A DNA stretch of 64,000 nucleotides from Mytilus trossulus. Its lineage: Eukaryota. A program made the position numbers and the translations under genes. Below are positions 39,531-50,978 of this stretch, piece by piece. The DNA lies in the NCBI RefSeq assembly GCF_036588685.1, contig NC_086386.1, positions 32,798,001-32,862,000 on the forward strand, given 5' to 3'. The stretch's first letter is position 1. The number at the start of each line of letters is the position of its first letter. The notes beneath the pieces were generated by a model. That model was not told the DNA's origin and searched no databases. It saw only the letters and a program-made list of their open reading frames with translations.

Positions 39531-40920
39531 GGTATTGACAATTCACTTTGAAACTCAACATATAACCTCACGACACTTACCAAAGAGGAAATCCTGGATA
39601 ATCATAGGTCTGTTCTATGTTCCTTTGGAATTTCAACCAAATATGAAGAACTTATTATTCCATCACTGTACTGGATACCCAATCAACAGAAATGTCATTA
39701 AAAATCGGTATATTGATGGGTCTTTCAAATGTTCCACGAAACCTCTTTCTAAATTATGAACATCTATATTATCCCCAATCAAAGCTTGGCTTCAAAGTTA
39801 TTGTGAAACGTCCTATTCTAAAGGTGGCATGAATCAGATGGGGATACTAAAACATTCCAAAGATCTTTTAGTGTAGATACAACCTTAGACGCTTTCATCT
39901 TGCAATATTATTTAAATATTTAACTTTTCTACACTTTACACAAGTATTCCCCATTCCGAACTAAAGGACAAATAGACAGAGTTGGTATCGCTTTGATTCA
40001 TAAAAAATAATGGCCAACGTAGAGACAAGTATCTTATCTAAGGGAGGAATACATCCTAATCTGTAAAGAATCACTCTTATTCAAACAAAAAAAATATCTG
40101 AAACTGACATTATTAAGATGCTTGATTTCTTGATTGACTACATATTTTTTTTATAATTGGAGGACGTTTTTCCAACAGACTGTCTGCATTCCAATGGGAA
40201 CTTATTGTGCCACTCTACTTGCTGACTTGTTTTTTTTATTATCATTATGAGTTTGAGTTTATACAGGAACTTCTAAGATGAAAAATAAGAAGTGTACAGT
40301 ATCCTTTAACTTTACTTTCTGCTATATAGAGGATGTTCTCATACTAAATAATTCAAAATGTGGTGGCTCTGTTAAACGCATCTATTCCATCGAACTAGAG
40401 ATAAAGGATACAACAGATACAGTTAAGTCTGCCTCATATATTGACTAACATCTAGCAATTGACAATGATAATCGGTTGAAAACGAAACTTTACGACAAGT
40501 GAGATGATTTCAGCTTCCCAATTGTGAACTTTCCATTTCTATTAAGCAACATTACAGCAGCGCCTGCAGACGGAGTATATATCTCCCAATTGATACGATA
40601 TTCCCGCGCTTGTATTTCCTTTCACTATTATCTTGATAGAGGGTTGCGACTCACAAGGAAGCTATTAAACCAAGAGTTTCTAATGGTGAAGTTGAAATCA
40701 TCCCTTCGTAAATTTTACGGACGCCATCACGAGTTGATTGACCATGATTACCCGTTTCACAGATGATATCGGATATGTTTCTTACGTGGTAAATATAATC
40801 CCCTTCTCTTTTCATGAATATGACCCACCGAATAAGACTATTTACTGGATTTATATTAACAGGAATAACACGACGGGTGCCACATGAGGAACAGGATCTG
40901 CTTACCCTTCCGGAGCACCT
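39531..40920 (+). mobile_element. Penelope-like element RT relic (longest copy, many stops and frameshifts)
   Basis: Conceptual translation gives pieces PSLYWIP, RYIDGS.KCSTKPLSKL, QQTVCIPMG..CATLLADL, FRYIEDVL, GVYISQLIRYSRAC..KLKSSLRKFYGRHHEL. The 3'UTR matches 19240-19410. Confidence 0.85.
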
Positions 40921-41454
40921 ACCCCAATGTTTATCTTATACATCATTTAACAGAAAACTTAAACAAAATACAAACACACAAAAAAATAAATTGACGGTCT
41001 TTATTCAGATTTTAAGACTTGTTACGACTTGAAAGAAATGTAGAAAACCCACTTCAACATGTAAATAAGAAATGTCTCAAACGTATGTCTTCTTTGATAA
41101 AAATATATATAAGCAAAACATGCATATCAAAATAGTATTCTATTTAGAAATTATGATTAAAATATGCCATAAGATTTAAAATTGTAGTAAAATTTAACAA
41201 CTTCAAAATCTATTATTAGTATTATAAAACTAGTGCCTTGATTTTGGTGCATTCTTAAAGTGTTGCACAAAAAAGATAGTGCCATTGGAGATGTATACTT
41301 GTTGGACAGGGGTTTAAAGTTCTGTTTTTGATATGCTGTTTAGCGGAATAAGACAGTTATGTGTAAATTTAGGTTTGTTATACTATGTACTGTATCATAA
41401 CGCACTTTTTAGTGCAAAGTGTACCCAAGTTTGTCAATGAATTAAATATATTGA

Positions 41455-42940
41455 AAATGAGAGGCAAAGTACACCAAAGAGACACTCAAACTCATAAGAC
41501 AGAAATAATTTGACACCGCCAAAGCTAAAAGAGAAAAAGACAAACAGATATACAATATTGCTCAAAACACAACACAGAAAACTAAACACTGAGAAACAAG
41601 AACCCACTTAAAACTGGGGTGATCTCATATACACCGGAACGGTAAACAGAGATCCTGTTTCTGTGGCACACGTCGTGTAGCTCACGTTGGTACAAAATAA
41701 AGGCAACAGTAGTATATTGATGTTCAAAACTCATAAGTTGATAGAAAAAAACAAATCCTGGTCACAAAACAGAACTGTTAATAAGTCTAATTCGGTAGGT
41801 CACATTTCGGAAAAAGGGACATGATTGTATCCGCTATCATGTGTATGTAACGGTGAACCAACTCGTGATGGCGTCCGTAAAATATTTGGAATGATTTCAC
41901 CTTCACTACTGAGAACTCTTGGTTTAAAAGTCTCCGAGTGAGCAGCAACCCTCTATATAAAAAATCATGATAGGGAATACAAGCCCTGGAAAATCGTATC
42001 AACTGGTAGATATTTACTCCATATGCAGGTCCTGCTGGAATGTTGCTACATTGAAGGGAGAGTTTATAATTGGGATGCTGAAATCATGTCCTTTGTCATG
42101 AGTTTAGTTTCCAACCGACCTTCGAGCTCATTGTCAATTTCTAGATGTAGCTTAACTGTATTTGTTGTATCCTTATCTCAAGTTTGATGGTATATATGCG
42201 TTCAAGATAGTCACCATTTTTGAATTACATCATAACCTCACCTATTTAGTGGAAAGTAAAGTTAAATGATATTTCTAACTTCATTCTTTTCTTCCTGTAT
42301 GAATTCAGCCTCATATCCTGATAAAAGTCGACAAAAAGAGTGGCACAGTTGGTTCATATTAGAATGCCGATAGTTCATTCAAAAAACAAGTCCTTCAAAC
42401 GTAACATATGTTGGCAATCAGGAAATCAAGCAACTTGATAATGGCATTTTCAGAGATTTTTTTGGTAAGAATCAGAGTGTTTTTTTTACAAATAGGATTT
42501 ATCCCGCCCTATGGCAAGATACTTGTATCTACGTTTTCCATTCTTTTTAACGAAACAAAGCAGGACCAAATTCTTACAATTTGTCTTTTAGTTTGATATG
42601 GGAAATATCGGTGGAAAGTGTAGAAAAGTCAAAAGTGTCAATGCTATTGCAAGTCTTAGATTGAATGTACTATTCAAAATCTTTGAAATTAAAATCTTTG
42701 GAATGTTTTACTATCCTCATCTGATTCACGCCACCTCTAGAATAGGTAGTTTTACAAGAACTTTGAAGCCTGGCTGTGGTTGCTTATAAAATTGATATTG
42801 ATTATTTGGAAAGACGTTTCGTGAAGCAAATAAAAGACCAAGCAATATACAGTCGTTTGTAAGAACACGTATGTAGTTTATGTATCCATTACAGTGATGA
42901 AAGATCCAGTTCTTCATCTTTGGTTGAAATTCCAAAGATG
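41455..42940 (-). mobile_element. Penelope-like element RT relic, tail-to-tail with the 39531 copy
   Basis: Reverse strand shows the same RT segments (IRFSRACIPYHDFLYRGLLLTRRLLNQEF) and 3'UTR. It is interrupted by family D at about 41695-41780. Confidence 0.8.
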
Positions 42941-43816
42941 TTGTATGACGACAATTGTGCATGTTGTGCTAGTTTAGTTTAGTTGCTGTGTTGTTTGTCA
43001 TCAAAAAGGCGTATCGCCATTCGTAAATGAATATTGTTGCCAGATAAAAACGAAGATATGTAATGATAAATAGATCAGTTAGAATAACCAGTGAATTAAT
43101 GTTTCTGTTCTTTGTGCCGTTAAAACACCAGTACTTTATTTATCATAGACTAGATCGTTATTCTAGGTTTTATTTGGTGCTTTAAATTTCATACATTTTA
43201 CAGTCCTTGAATCACGTTTCCACAGGTCTTTCTCAAAGTCCTACACAACCTACGAGACTGAGTGGGTCGACATTGTTATGCTATGCATGAACTATCTAAC
43301 ATCTGAATCATCATTTAATTAGAATTGCATTGATCAGGAATAAAACCATAATACACTGCAAAAGTATGCCTTTAGTGAGTTGAAACAAAGTTATAACAGT
43401 TTATTCAATAGACTGACGAAAGTGACCAGTAAACTTATATTGTGTCGAATTCAGTTGTTATTGTACTTTTATTAGATTATATCACTTTTGAGCCTGACGC
43501 ACTCTATCCACATAAAGAAAACATACACTCGCGTTACGTATCATTAACATTAAAATCATATTTAAAAGGGGGAATAATACTCCTAAAAAATGAAACTTGA
43601 TTTATGGTTAAAAAAGAAGTAGAAAATACCAAGGTGACAAAGTTCTTTACAGTATTAACTCCCAAAAGATATATTTATAAATTTACTGTTTACAAAGTTT
43701 TGTTTTTATTGAAAAACTAAGGCTTTCATACCTCAGGCACAGATTACCTTAGCTGTATTTGGCAAGACTTTTGGGAATTTTGGTTCTGAATGCTTTTCTC
43801 ACTTTTTTGAATTCGG

Positions 43817-43860
43817 GCGTCACTGATGGGTCTTTTGTAGACGAAGCACGCGCCTGGCGT
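43817..43860 (+). repeat. Inactivated hammerhead repeat copy
   Basis: GCGTCACTGATGGGTCTTTTGTAGACGAAGCACGCGCCTGGCGT: mutations in CUGAUGA, GAAA and the cleavage triplet. Confidence 0.65.
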
Positions 43861-44084
43861 ATTACTACCTGGTTTCTATGATGAGTTTATTTATTGGTAA
43901 CATTTAATGGGTATCTAACTTACAGGTGGTTAGTATTTCAAACATGATGCCTTCAGCAAATTTATTTTTATAATGTTGCAAATTCCGCTTTAAAACAAGC
44001 ATTCATTTGGTATAGGTCATATTTGAGGAAAAAAGACGGGTTTGTGGTTTCAAATTTTCAGTCGTCATCTTTTAACAGATATTA

Positions 44085-44990
44085 CATTACAATCAACCAA
44101 CTCGTGATGGCGTCTGTAAAATGTCCGTATAGGATGACTTTAACTTCACCACATGAAACTATTGGTTTAAAAGCTTTCTTGTTTGTAGCAACCCTTTAAC
44201 AAAGAAGTCATGATTGGGAATACAAGGTTTGTAACATTGTAACAACTTGTTTATATATACTCTTTATGCAGGCGCAAAGCTGAAATCGTTTCTTTTTTCG
44301 TGAAGTTTGTTCTCAACCGACTCTAACATTTTCTAAAGTCAGAGTATGACGCATTTGTATTGTATCTGTTGTGTCCTTTAATTTATTTCAAGTACGATGT
44401 TATATATGCTTTCAACAAAGTCTACAAACTTTGAAGTTCCTAATTGAAGGCTGCCTCAAATCAATGAAGTTACAAGTCATTTAAAAATGGAGCACAGTTG
44501 GTTCCCTTCCGTGGATTGTCAATTGTGTGTTGAAAAAACATGTCCTTAAAACGTGAGTAACACATATGATGTCAATCAGGAATTTCATAGATTTTTAAAA
44601 ACTTTCATCGGAGGTTTTGTTTCTTACTTTCGTAAGTACAATTAAACCCTCCCCCAACCAAGATACTTGTATTTACGTTGGCTATTTTTTTTATGAAGCA
44701 GAACAGGATCAATTAGTTCAATATAGTGTCTATTAGATTGGAATGTCGAATACTTTTGTATAGGGTAGAGAAGTCAAATATTTTAATTGTATTGTAAGAG
44801 GAAATATACCTATAAAACATGTAATGTGACAGATCTTTATTTTTTTAGTATTAACATCCGATTCACACCACCTCTAGTGTAGGTAGTTTCATCTTCAATC
44901 TTCCATTTTTAAAGACCGTCTTTGATTGACCTTAAAAATCGATGTTGATTATTTTGAAACAGATTTCATAGATCACTTGGACGACCCTGC
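44085..44990 (-). mobile_element. Highly degenerate Penelope-like RT relic
   Basis: Matches such as AACCAACTCGTGATGGCGTC and ATTCACACCACCTCTAG are colinear with the 41455-42940 copy. Confidence 0.65.
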
Positions 44991-46697
44991 TAAAAGTATA
45001 ATAGCAAAACTATCGAACTCCAAGGAAAATTCAAATCAAAAAGTCCCTTACCAAAAGGCAAAATAAAATCCAAAGCTCAAACACATAAAAAAAAATATGA
45101 CGTTGTTGGTAAATACATTTATGGAAAAATTCCTTTCTATCTAATGTCTTAAAATAATAGACTTCCACTGTGAGTATGTCTTCAACTTCGTACTGTTTTC
45201 TACTTTAAACACGGTTCAAATATAAAAAAAAATGTTTTGTTGCTTCAAGGTGGTAAAATCAGCAGAACGTTTTAATGACGTTGTGTTGTTAAGGAAATAT
45301 CAAGCTTCTTAATCATCAAAATAAGTGTTTGTCACACTGCTATATAACCAGTGTATTTTTTTCTGATTAAACGGTTGGTTCAAATTTTTTTGAACTTTTT
45401 ATACTTTTATTATCAAAGGGTCAAGGTTAATACTTTGTCAACATTGTAAGAGAATTAAACGAGCCAAATAAATTTTAGTTAAGGTGTTATTCGAGGCTAG
45501 CCTGCTACCAGTCAATCCCATATACAAGTATATAAATATGAATATAAAATGTATTTTTTCAGTCGTGTAACACCTTCACTGGTGATCCTGTCATTGGATC
45601 TGTCGCATAGTTGTCACGTTTATATATATACATGTATATACCTCCATAGCGAGAAATAAGTTGAAACTTAAAATTTTCGCTAACTCAATCAATATATGCG
45701 ATAGCTTTAGAATCTACTTCTAATTGAATAAATACGAGTAAAAGAAAATGCACGTAAAGACTGAAGTGACATTATAGTTGTCTCAAAAATGTAACAACTA
45801 TGTTAATTGACATACCATCCACTTTTAATCAGAAATACTTGAGGACAGGATATTTTAGCCAATTACTATGTACTATAATAAGTTGATAGTTTACTATCCA
45901 CAGTGGTCAATGCAGGTTATTGGTCATCATTTGATAATTAAGTACACCTTCTAAATTACGATCTGTATAACAAATTGGTGTACACATTTATTTACACGCA
46001 TTATTATCTTGTAAATTGATGAGATTAAGTGCAGAAGAAGAGAACGTTTGAAATGATACTCAATAAAGTTTGATGCAATCCCAGTTTTCAACTTGAACTG
46101 AGATACGTTCTGATGAACATTTTGAGTTCATTTTTCCTGCAATTACGACAAAATCTATATAAATTAAAACCGATGGAAATTAAATATTATAAAACATTAG
46201 AAATCGAAAAGAAGAATCTATCTGATAACGACAAACAAAATCAATACAAATATCGAATAATAGTTTCATTAAATTTTGCAAAGTATAGATGAAAATCCAA
46301 GTTATTGTCAAAACCACGAAAGACAACTCAAATGAATCGTATGATAGGTAAAGATACGTTTATATATGTGGTCTTATGTCAGTGAAGTTTAGGCGGGAAT
46401 CTCAATAATCACGTGATATATATAAATCATGATTTCTTTCGTTTTTCATCATCTTAGAAATATTTGATATTGATAAAATTTATTATGAAAGGGTTTCATA
46501 GTTTATGAATACTTAGTTAAAACTTGAGTAACGCATTTAACAAAATTAATTGGTTAGCAATAACCGGTCCCGTTACGTGCGTACGTCGAGTTAGGTACGT
46601 ATGTCATTTTATTGGAAATCTCTAATAATTATGACATAATAACACACACTTAACAGTATTAATGTTGTAAACTTTATTAAGCTTTATTCAAATTTAA

Positions 46698-47941
46698 TCA
46701 ATTTAGTTTCCATCCTGAAAATGTTGTACGTGTTTGAATTTCCTTGCTTAAAAGAATACCTTGATGGTTATATATATTTTTCAAATACACAGTCCTGCCT
46801 TCACTGACGTATTTGATTACAAATCCAGTAGAACATGCATCATCGCCGGCGTGTTCTGTGTCTGCATGTAATTTTCCACAAGCCTTTCCATCCACAACTA
46901 GCTCTGTACCAAATTCTCCAATACCACCGTGATTTATTCTGGAATCTACACAGAGTGTCCAAGTAAAGGCATACATCCCGCTAGATGGTGCTTTGAATAT
47001 ACCTGTTTTGGTGTTGTAGACACCAGCTGTGTTTGTTTCTGTCTGGTCAAAGATCAGAGATTTTCCCTGTGACAAAGATTTACTATGACCACTCGCGAAA
47101 CCTTCAGACAAATATGCCGAAAATCCGACAAACGCTTTACTATTTTTATACTCCGAATCTGAAAAAGAATAGATGATAATAATTTAGTGATTTTACACTG
47201 TGATAAGTTCGATAATGAAAATTCTAAATGCATTGTTTTCGATTGACTTTATGAGTTATGTGGTCAGTCATAAAACATAAATTGCAATGTATAAAGAGCA
47301 AATTTTTTTTAAACTATAAAATAATTTTATAAATCTTAAGCGCTTTTCTCGGATCTATGTTTCTCTGGAAGGCGTAAAGCTAAAGATGTATACGAACTAA
47401 AACAATTAAAAAGCTTTATGATCAAACAGACTTAAAGATCAAGAAAACACAAGTTTAAAAACACGTTGGAACGTATCAATGAAGTCACGATAATATGTAG
47501 TTTTACTTTATATAATGTCGTTTTACTTTATATAATGTAGTTTTACTTTATATAATGTAGTTTTAATTTATATAATGTAGTTTTACTTTATATAATGTAG
47601 TTTTACTTTATAATAGGTAGTTTTACTCTAATAAAAGTCCATATCAACCTTTAATTTGCAGAAATCGGGTGGGCAAACACAAGACAAGTTAATTTATCTC
47701 GTTAATCTATGTTATTGCGTTATTGTTTCGAAATAGTCTTTATATAGTTCTAACCGATGACATCATTCTACTTACTAGATTTATCTGTTCTGGAAAGACG
47801 TTCTAGAAAAACATTCTGTAGATGGACCATATCGTTTCTCAATTTCCTTTCACTCCGTTTCAACTCTGTAACTTTTCTTGTACATTCCTCGCTGTCCACA
47901 TATACCACCATAATAAGAGATACGATAACAAAATATAACAT
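46698..47941 (-). CDS. Secreted C1q-domain-containing protein (signal peptide + short coiled coil + gC1q), 208 aa; exons 47776-47941, 46698-47158
   Basis: Phase-1 intron GTAAGT..TTTTCAG. MLYFVIVSLIMVVYVDS signal peptide. gC1q motifs FVGFSAYL..LIFDQTETNTAGVYNTKTGIFKAPSSGMYAFTW..VYL..TTFSGWKL. TATATAA at about 48002-48009 upstream and two AATAAA at about 46673-46688 downstream. Confidence 0.92.
47492..47630. repeat. Minisatellite, 20-bp unit TTTTACTTTATATAATGTAG, about 6.5 copies, in the C1q intron
   Basis: Tandem units read directly from the sequence. Confidence 0.95.
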
Positions 47942-49440
47942 AGTTACCAAGTTTGACTCTTCAGAAATAGAGAAGTTGTTTTTATTTTTCACATCTGTGC
48001 ATTATATATACATGTACTTGAAATTTGATATAGGAGTAACCACATTACAGTTGTTACAATGTAATCACGCAATATAAAAATGCATACACTGTTTTTTTTA
48101 TTGATATTTCTAGGAATTACGTTCAAGATCTTAATTAAAATGCATAATTACTGTTTGCTCGTTCAACATGCGTAATTGTGGCAGTAAATTTGATACCGTC
48201 GTTTGTACTATTAATATAACTTTGAATGACATCTAACTAATGAAAAGATTTTGTTTGTATGAATAAAATTGAGAATGAAAATGGGGAATATGTAAAATAG
48301 ACAAAAACCCAACCGAAGAGCAGATAACAGTCGAAGACCACCGATGAGTCTCCTTCGCTGCGAAAATATCGCGCACCCGATGGTGAGCCTCAGATTTCCC
48401 CATATAAGTACTAGTTCAATAAAAATGGTCTCAATTCTTAACTACTAAAACATATAAATGAATTCAACTAAAATTGAAAAACATACAAAACCAACAAAGG
48501 CCAGAGGATCATATGGGACAGGCTAAAAAATACGGCGGGGTTAAGCATGTTTTGTGAGATCTCAACCCTCTCCTATACCTTTAGCTAAAGGAGAAAAAAG
48601 AAAAACGCAGCAATACACACAGTAAAAACTCAATTTAAGTCCGAATCCAATGTCAGCACAAAATTTACAAAAAACTTAATTACATAATAGTTATATAAAT
48701 ATAGGAGATGTTGTTTGATTTCTAACGATACAAACTGTCTTGATTCCACCACAGTCCCCAAACATTAAATATAAGAATGTCTATTTAGATATTCGTATTG
48801 TCATCTGCTGATTTCGAAGTCACATAGTGATTGAGGTACAGAGTTTTCTCCGCTGGGAATAGATTGATATCTGAACAATCCTTGTGTTTTATTACTTAGT
48901 CTTTTTTAATTTTCGAACTGTTGGACGGGTGTCAGAGTAAAGCACGGTGAAGGCTCTGTACACTGTATTTCAAACTGTGATTATTTTTGTGCAAATTCGT
49001 AACTGTTTAAAAAATAAGAAAAAAAAAAGTAAATAATAGTATGTTAAAACCCCGAAACCGACGTTAATGACAGAATACACATGCACAATTCATTTTAGTT
49101 TCCGAATCATTCCCAATCTAAAGTAAGAAATCAATAGGGAGAGTACAAACTACAGTTTGCATATTAACTTAAGGAAAGAGAGCCATATGGAATGTACATG
49201 TTATGGTCTGATTAAAGAAAGATCACACAAAACAGGTTTCATTTGTTTTAATACTTTTAGTATAAACATATGGCATGTCGACAAAATAGTGCTGCCCACT
49301 CGAATTGTGATCACATCGGAGACGATACTACTCCCAGAAGTGGATCGACCAAGTTGTTAAAAAAATCTCACCAAAGATAACAGTCTCATACGGAAGCGTA
49401 TTAGCGCCACACATTTTATTTTTTTATTTTTCTTCTTATG

Positions 49441-49679
49441 TTTGCGTTATAACGCAAACCTTTGCGTTATAACGCAAACCTTTGCGTTATAACGCAAACC
49501 TTTGCGTTATAACGCAAACCTTTTGCGTTATAACGCAAACCTTTGCGTTATAACGCAAACCTTTGCGATATAACGCAAACCTTTGCGTTTAACGCAACCT
49601 TTGCGATATAACGCAAACCTTTGCGATATAACGCAAACCTTTGCGTTATAACGCAAACCTTTGCGATATAACGCAAACA
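49441..49679. repeat. Left array, about 12 x TTTGCGTTATAACGCAAACC
   Basis: Each unit contains the 18-bp perfect palindrome TTTGCGTTATAACGCAAA; some carry the variant GCGATATAAC. Confidence 0.95.
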
Positions 49680-50656
49680 TTTGTTTTATCTTATTTCTTA
49701 TTTAAGATTAAAAGGAAACAGTAGTTATTAATGGAGGAGGCTGGATATAATAAAATTTATCACCTTTGTAGTAATTGCAAAGTAAACTACTTGAATAATT
49801 AGATCATATCAATGACTAATAATGAGCATAATAATATAAGAAGATGTGGTATGAGTGCCAATAAGAAAACTCTCCATCTAAGTCACTATTCGTAAAAGTA
49901 AACCATCATAGGCCGAATTACGGTCTTCAACACGGAGCATTGGCTCACACTAAACAACAAACTATAAGGTCCCCAAAAACGATATCCAAGTTACTACTAG
50001 TATATATATTACAAAGAAAATTGAGTAAATTGAGGTTATACCTAAGAAAAAAATCAACCCTGCTAATATAGCTATAACCGAATATAAATATACTTCCAAA
50101 GTAAGCTCTCGTTTGAGAACTGTGTAAAGTAGGTTACATTCAAACAAGCTACCCGTTGGCAATTAATGTATAGAATGAAGATGTTTCATTAATAAAATTA
50201 TGTTCTCTCTATTCAAATTGCTACCCAAGCATCTTAAAAATACTTCATTATATTGAAATGAAAATTCAATGACTTTCTATCAAAGAATCTTGATCATATT
50301 CTGAGATTTAAAAAAAAATGTTTCCTTATTAATAATTCATTTTAAAGCAGAAAGATCATTTTTGTCTATTTGACTTGGAGGTTTCACAATTGTATGACAT
50401 TATTTTTGATCTTTCAATTTTAATATGACTATATACTATATCTATTTTCTTGTTAAATTATATACTTTTCTGATGCACAAATCAGTCTTAATTTATGTAT
50501 AATTGCACTTCAATTATTCCATTATTCCTATGCATATTTATTATAATGATTTGGCCTTGTATGTATGTTTCTTTTTTTATCTACTAGTAAATCACATCCG
50601 AAATGAATGACAGACGGACATATATACAAAACTTAATGAATAATTGAAATAAAGAT

Positions 50657-50978
50657 GTTTGCGTTATAACGCAAAGGTTTGCGTTATAACGCAAAGGTTT
50701 GCGTTATAACGCAAAAGGTTTGCGTTATAACGCAAAGGTTTGCGTTATATCGCAAAGGTTTGCGTTATATCGCAAAGGTTTGCGTTATATCGCAAAGGTT
50801 TGCGTTATAACGCAAAGGTTTGCGTTATAACGCAAAGGTTTGCGTTATATCGCAAAGGTTTGCGTTATAACGCAAAAGATTTGCGTTATAACGCAAAGGT
50901 TTGCGTTATATCGCAAAGGTTTGCGTTATATCGCAAAGGTTTGCGTTATAACGCAAAGGTTTGCGTTATAACGCAAAC
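50657..50978. repeat. Right array, about 16 x TTTGCGTTATAACGCAAAGG (inverse of the left array)
   Basis: Reverse complement of the left array, including the variant unit. Confidence 0.95.

Noticed and set aside
47942-47992. Upstream extension of the C1q exon 1 ORF
   Set aside because: It begins at a non-ATG codon just downstream of the TATA box. The ATG at 47941 directly starts the signal peptide.
49441-50978. Palindromic repeat arrays resembling a CRISPR array
   Set aside because: Units abut with no unique spacers, there are no cas genes, the context is eukaryotic, and the arrays are subterminal parts of a TIR element.
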